Shown here one piece after another: positions 60,718 through 64,000 of a stretch of 64,000 nt of DNA. The notes under the pieces were generated by a model, which was given only the letters and a program-made list of their open reading frames with translations, was not told the DNA's origin and did no database searches. Numbering within the stretch: the first letter of the stretch is position 1; each line of letters starts with the position of its first letter. Source of the DNA: Anaerolineales bacterium (GTDB lineage: Bacteria > Chloroflexota > Anaerolineae > Anaerolineales > JABWBV01); the NCBI GenBank assembly GCA_035512695.1, contig DATKDL010000146.1:3547-67546 (forward strand), read 5' to 3'. The translations under genes and the position numbers were made by a program.

Positions 60718-61245
60718 CTATTTTCCTCGAAAGATTTTAAAGAACTTCCGAACCTCGCCGAATGCCGCAAGGGTTTCGCTTAATTTTACTACCGGTTCCG
60801 CCAGATTGTCACTGAGAAATGTGATGGTGCCGCGCATTGTGCTGACGGTCTCGTTCGTCGAGTCCAGAATGGGTTTTATCTCGTTTTGCAGCAGATTGAT
60901 CAGCCGGGCGAGCTGGACGATCAGGATGACGAGGGTCAATCCGATCAGCATCGTCTCAAGCGCCATGAAGATGATGAAGATATCGCGGACGACGGCGGCC
61001 TGCGTCGGGTTTGTAAACAGTGCCCAGGTTCCGACTCCCATGAGCACCAGCAGCACGACGACGACCAGGACGGCGATGATGACTGTTCGCCGCTTGCCCC
61101 GGATCACCTCCGGGCTGGCGTCCGGTTTGTCCGTTTCGCCGCCCGAAGCGGATTGAGCCTGTTCCAGGTGAAAATCCTTATCGGTCAACATTTTTCCGTT
61201 CGTCATAGCTGATCTAATTATATCACCACAGTCCAAACTGATCAC
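60718..61245 (-). CDS. DUF948-like membrane protein
   Basis: 175 aa (alternative start 61206). TM helices followed by a helical region LINLLQNEIKPILDSTNETVSTMRG, typical of YtxH partner proteins. Confidence 0.55.
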   Translation of the reverse strand: MISLDCGDIIRSAMTNGKMLTDKDFHLEQAQSASGGETDKPDASPEVIRGKRRTVIIAVLVVVVLLVLMGVGTWALFTNPTQAAVVRDIFIIFMALETMLIGLTLVILIVQLARLINLLQNEIKPILDSTNETVSTMRGTITFLSDNLAEPVVKLSETLAAFGEVRKFFKIFRGK

Positions 61246-63719
61246 GGCCCTGGGAGCCAGCCGGCGAACCAGGCGGCGATTAATTCACCGGATGGTTTAC
61301 CGTGCACTGATTCGGATGGATCGCGCGCCTCGACCATCGGATAATACCCGGCCGAGATCACCCCCGCGATCCAATCGCGCTCGTTTACGGCGCGCAGAAC
61401 CGCCTCGTACATCAGGAGCTGTTCTTCCAGGTCCAGCGCATCGAGCGGCTGGCAGCCGCCGCCTTCAGTCGGGACGCAGCCGAGAGCAGCGCCGTCGGCC
61501 GCCGGGAAAGAAAGCACCAGCACGATCGGCCGGTTGTGCTCCAGGTAGAAAGGCAGCAGCCGGTTTTCCAACGCGCTGCCGGCGGCCGCCAGCATATCCT
61601 CGAGATCGGCATCCGGGCTCTCCGCGAGCGGGACGTCCCAGACGACGTGGACCTCGTCGAACGCATCGATCACGGCCGGTGGAGCGTCCAGATCGCCGCT
61701 CATCGAGAGCGACAGGGCCAGCCTGCCGCCGTACATTTCGCGCACCGATGCCAGGATGTCCCGCCACCAGGTCTCGGCTTCGGCGGGGACACCGGAGGTG
61801 AACCCGTCCGGCATCAATCCTTCGGGATAGGCCGGGTCCAGCCAGCTGCCCCCCAGGACGAGGGTGCGCGCGCCGGTCTGGTCCGCCAGGGCGGCGTGAT
61901 GGCGGATAAAGATCTCATATTGTTCAAACCAGTTCACCCACCAGCCGTAATCGCGCGGAACGCCAAGCCACCATTGGTCCGTGGAGACCGGGAGGCGATG
62001 TTGTGGAAAGAGAACGACCTCCAATCCGGCAGCCCGGGCTGCCTGGGCCAATGCAACGGCCTCCAACCAGGGCGAATCCGAGCCGGGTATGGCATCGAAG
62101 ACCGGTGGAACGCTGCGTGTAGCCGACCAGGTGGGCGCGATCACGGCGGAGTTCGCTCCGGAGGATTTGATCCTGGAAAAAATCTCCGCTGCGTCGGTCA
62201 ACCAGGAAGTATGGTAGACCGGTGGGAAGGCGTAACCCGCCGTGAACCCGGCCTCTCGCACGACGATCTCCGCCGATGGGACGGGTGGGCGCCCCGCGAA
62301 ATCCGCCATATGGACCCAGCGATCGATCGCACCTTCAAAAGCCTGGAAGGAATCCGCCGAGCTGAACGTCCGGACAGCCTCCGCAGTCGCTTCGCGCCCC
62401 AGGTTGCAATCCCCGTTCCGACAAAAACGGAATTCGACCTGTCCGACGACGCTCAGCGGGGAGGACAGCAGGTAAACCCACTCGTTTGGACCGGTCCGCC
62501 ACATCGGCAGCGGTTCAGTCCAGCCCCACGGGTTGAGCTGCAACCAGACGGTGTCTTCGGGGGGAGTGTTTCCGGGGACGATGACCGAGAACCACACCGG
62601 CGCGTTCCCGTCCGGAGACCGCCAACCGGCGATTGTGTCGTTGATGATCGTGTCCATCTCAGGGACGATAAACTCGCGCAGGACCAGACCGCCGTTCGGA
62701 TCGGTCTCCATATTCCAGAAACCGTCCCCCAGCGTGTATTTGTAGCGGACATATGCCCCGGCAGGCAACTGCATGGTCACGAGGTAATAGCCATCCGGAT
62801 CGTATTTCAGCCGGGGAAGCCGGGATGCCGGTGTGCTGATCCCGCCGGACAGATCGGCAAAGACGTTGCCGAGCTGGAACAAGTTGCCGGCGATCCGGAT
62901 CGGGACGGCCGGGATGGCATCCTCCGGGACGTCGACGACGAAGGTGACCGTCGTCAGCGCGGCAGCCGCCAGGGCGATATCGGCCGGAGTGGCCGCTTGC
63001 GTCGCAACCACCGCGCCTTGCTGGAAAATCGACATGCCTCCGTCGAGCGCATAAGCGACCAGGTTGTGTGTGCCGGGCGGAAGCCCCTCGATCAGATATG
63101 TGCCGTCCCAGTGGGTGAAGGTCGTCTGACCGCCGGCGGTGACCATAATATTGGGAAGCGGCCGGCCTGTCTCGGCGTCCGTGACCGTGCCGGTGATCCG
63201 GCCCGTCGGCCCCGAATATCCGGTGTCGTTCCAGCGCGTCACGATGTCGTGGACGGATCCGGAGGCGGTCGTGTGGATCAGCCGGTACCGAACCGGGCGG
63301 CCGTCGGAGGTGTGCTCGGCGGCCAGCAGTTCGGCGCCGCGCGTGTAGCGGTACGTGATCATTGCATGGGCGGGCAGCCGGAGCGTGACCGCATAGATGT
63401 TCGGTGATTCCGCCTGCATCTCATAGTGAGCCTGGTTCAGCGCCAGTCCGGTGACCTCATCCAGCAGGCTGACCTGGATCGGACCATCGGAAGGGGTATC
63501 CCCGGGGATCGTGACGCGGAAGGTCACTTCGGCGACCTCGATCGGCGGTGGAGGCAGCGGTGTTTCGGCCGGAGGGATGTCCGGCACAACGGTTGCGGCC
63601 GGCGTGGCGATCCAGGGGAGATTAACCGGGAGCTGCGAGCAACCCGACAGCATGGCGGCCAGGGCGACAAAAAGTGGGGTGATGAGAGCACGGGCGAGGT
63701 TGGTCAGGTTGCGGTTCAT
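61242..63719 (-). CDS. large lipoprotein: CBM20-like beta-sandwich modules, CarboxypepD_reg-like domain, C-terminal glycoside-hydrolase-like TIM-barrel region
   Basis: 825 aa. Lipobox AAMLSGC. GRITGTVTDAETGRPLPNIMVTAGG (Cna-B/CarboxypepD_reg-like). Two V-F-V...YKY starch-binding-like segments. Domain calls are by eye. Confidence 0.55.
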   Translation of the reverse strand: MNRNLTNLARALITPLFVALAAMLSGCSQLPVNLPWIATPAATVVPDIPPAETPLPPPPIEVAEVTFRVTIPGDTPSDGPIQVSLLDEVTGLALNQAHYEMQAESPNIYAVTLRLPAHAMITYRYTRGAELLAAEHTSDGRPVRYRLIHTTASGSVHDIVTRWNDTGYSGPTGRITGTVTDAETGRPLPNIMVTAGGQTTFTHWDGTYLIEGLPPGTHNLVAYALDGGMSIFQQGAVVATQAATPADIALAAAALTTVTFVVDVPEDAIPAVPIRIAGNLFQLGNVFADLSGGISTPASRLPRLKYDPDGYYLVTMQLPAGAYVRYKYTLGDGFWNMETDPNGGLVLREFIVPEMDTIINDTIAGWRSPDGNAPVWFSVIVPGNTPPEDTVWLQLNPWGWTEPLPMWRTGPNEWVYLLSSPLSVVGQVEFRFCRNGDCNLGREATAEAVRTFSSADSFQAFEGAIDRWVHMADFAGRPPVPSAEIVVREAGFTAGYAFPPVYHTSWLTDAAEIFSRIKSSGANSAVIAPTWSATRSVPPVFDAIPGSDSPWLEAVALAQAARAAGLEVVLFPQHRLPVSTDQWWLGVPRDYGWWVNWFEQYEIFIRHHAALADQTGARTLVLGGSWLDPAYPEGLMPDGFTSGVPAEAETWWRDILASVREMYGGRLALSLSMSGDLDAPPAVIDAFDEVHVVWDVPLAESPDADLEDMLAAAGSALENRLLPFYLEHNRPIVLVLSFPAADGAALGCVPTEGGGCQPLDALDLEEQLLMYEAVLRAVNERDWIAGVISAGYYPMVEARDPSESVHGKPSGELIAAWFAGWLPGP

Positions 63720-64000
63720 AGGTTTCCGGGACCCGATCCGAAACGGGCCGCAAGGTCGAGCAAGAGGGTTGTGTTGGGGATCTCTGACGCCGGGATCGCA
63801 ACCCGGCTGCCGCCCGATTCTATCATCAAGGATCCGTTCGCTATCCGGATGGCGTCGACGTCGTCCCAGGTCCAGTTACGCCGCCCGGTGCGCAAGCCCG
63901 CCGTAGTGATCGCAACCGGGCCGAAATCAACTGCCTCGCCGCGATCGATCTTCGCCATGATCCCGGATCGGAGGCGCGCTTCGATCCGCAGGCGGATCGT
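63716..64000 (-). CDS. hypothetical protein; reading frame stays open to the right window edge (partial)
   Basis: The track gives 63716..63958, but the frame upstream of the ATG has no stop up to position 64000 (...TIRLRIEARLRSGIMAKIDRGEAVDF...). 4-nt overlap with the downstream lipoprotein gene. Confidence 0.45.
   Translation of the reverse strand, partial: TIRLRIEARLRSGIMAKIDRGEAVDFGPVAITTAGLRTGRRNWTWDDVDAIRIANGSLMIESGGSRVAIPASEIPNTTLLLDLAARFGSGPGNL

Overview
Visibly GC-rich, densely coding bacterial chromosomal segment with about 60 protein genes and one tRNA-Leu(GAG). I recognised no rRNA, CRISPR array, transposase, integrase or phage gene. The gene content suggests a Chloroflexota-like, possibly anaerobic or facultative organism: PT-rich lipoprotein linkers, NBR1-like Ig domains, LysM-M23 peptidases, QueG, a tungsten-type AOR, an HdrD/DsrK-like Fe-S protein and selenium machinery. 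This taxonomic call is low confidence.

Left third: selA fragment, a SelW/Rdx-like selenoprotein with an in-frame TGA that the ORF track misses, dtd, a methyltransferase, MFS transporter, L,D-transpeptidase, a membrane Fe-S/CCG oxidoreductase plus membrane-anchored Moco enzyme, 2-oxoacid dehydrogenase E2/E3, and a REC-CpaE-like ATPase.

Middle: a 7-gene minus-strand glycosyltransferase/FkbM operon that unexpectedly carries a DEDDh exonuclease and a Pol-beta-type nucleotidyltransferase-like gene. Housekeeping genes follow (MBL hydrolase, mutY, pcm, queG).

25.9-49.5 kb: one co-directional minus-strand run. It contains two NBR1-like lipoproteins, esterases, a Ser-less alpha/beta-hydrolase paralog, REC, a 2082-aa multi-GAF histidine kinase and REC-GGDNF. 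It also holds a tight 4-gene PATAN-wHTH / small GTPase / alpha/beta-hydrolase / beta-helix operon, two paralogous membrane proteins, and four tandem LysM-M23 peptidase paralogs.

Right part: thrB, SGNH hydrolase, SPFH-HTH fusion, fabF, plsX, tRNA-Leu, SCP2, AOR, nnr, YtxH/DUF948 pair, and a large CBM/hydrolase-like lipoprotein.

Genome-style signals: many very long perfect-stem hairpins, three of them between divergent genes, and repeated -10 boxes 6-9 nt upstream of ATG, suggesting leaderless mRNAs.

Most interesting candidates: the selenoprotein locus, the conservon-like GTPase operon tied to the giant kinase and M23 array, and the exonuclease + NTase-like pair. All functional calls rest on by-eye motif recognition; no database search was possible.
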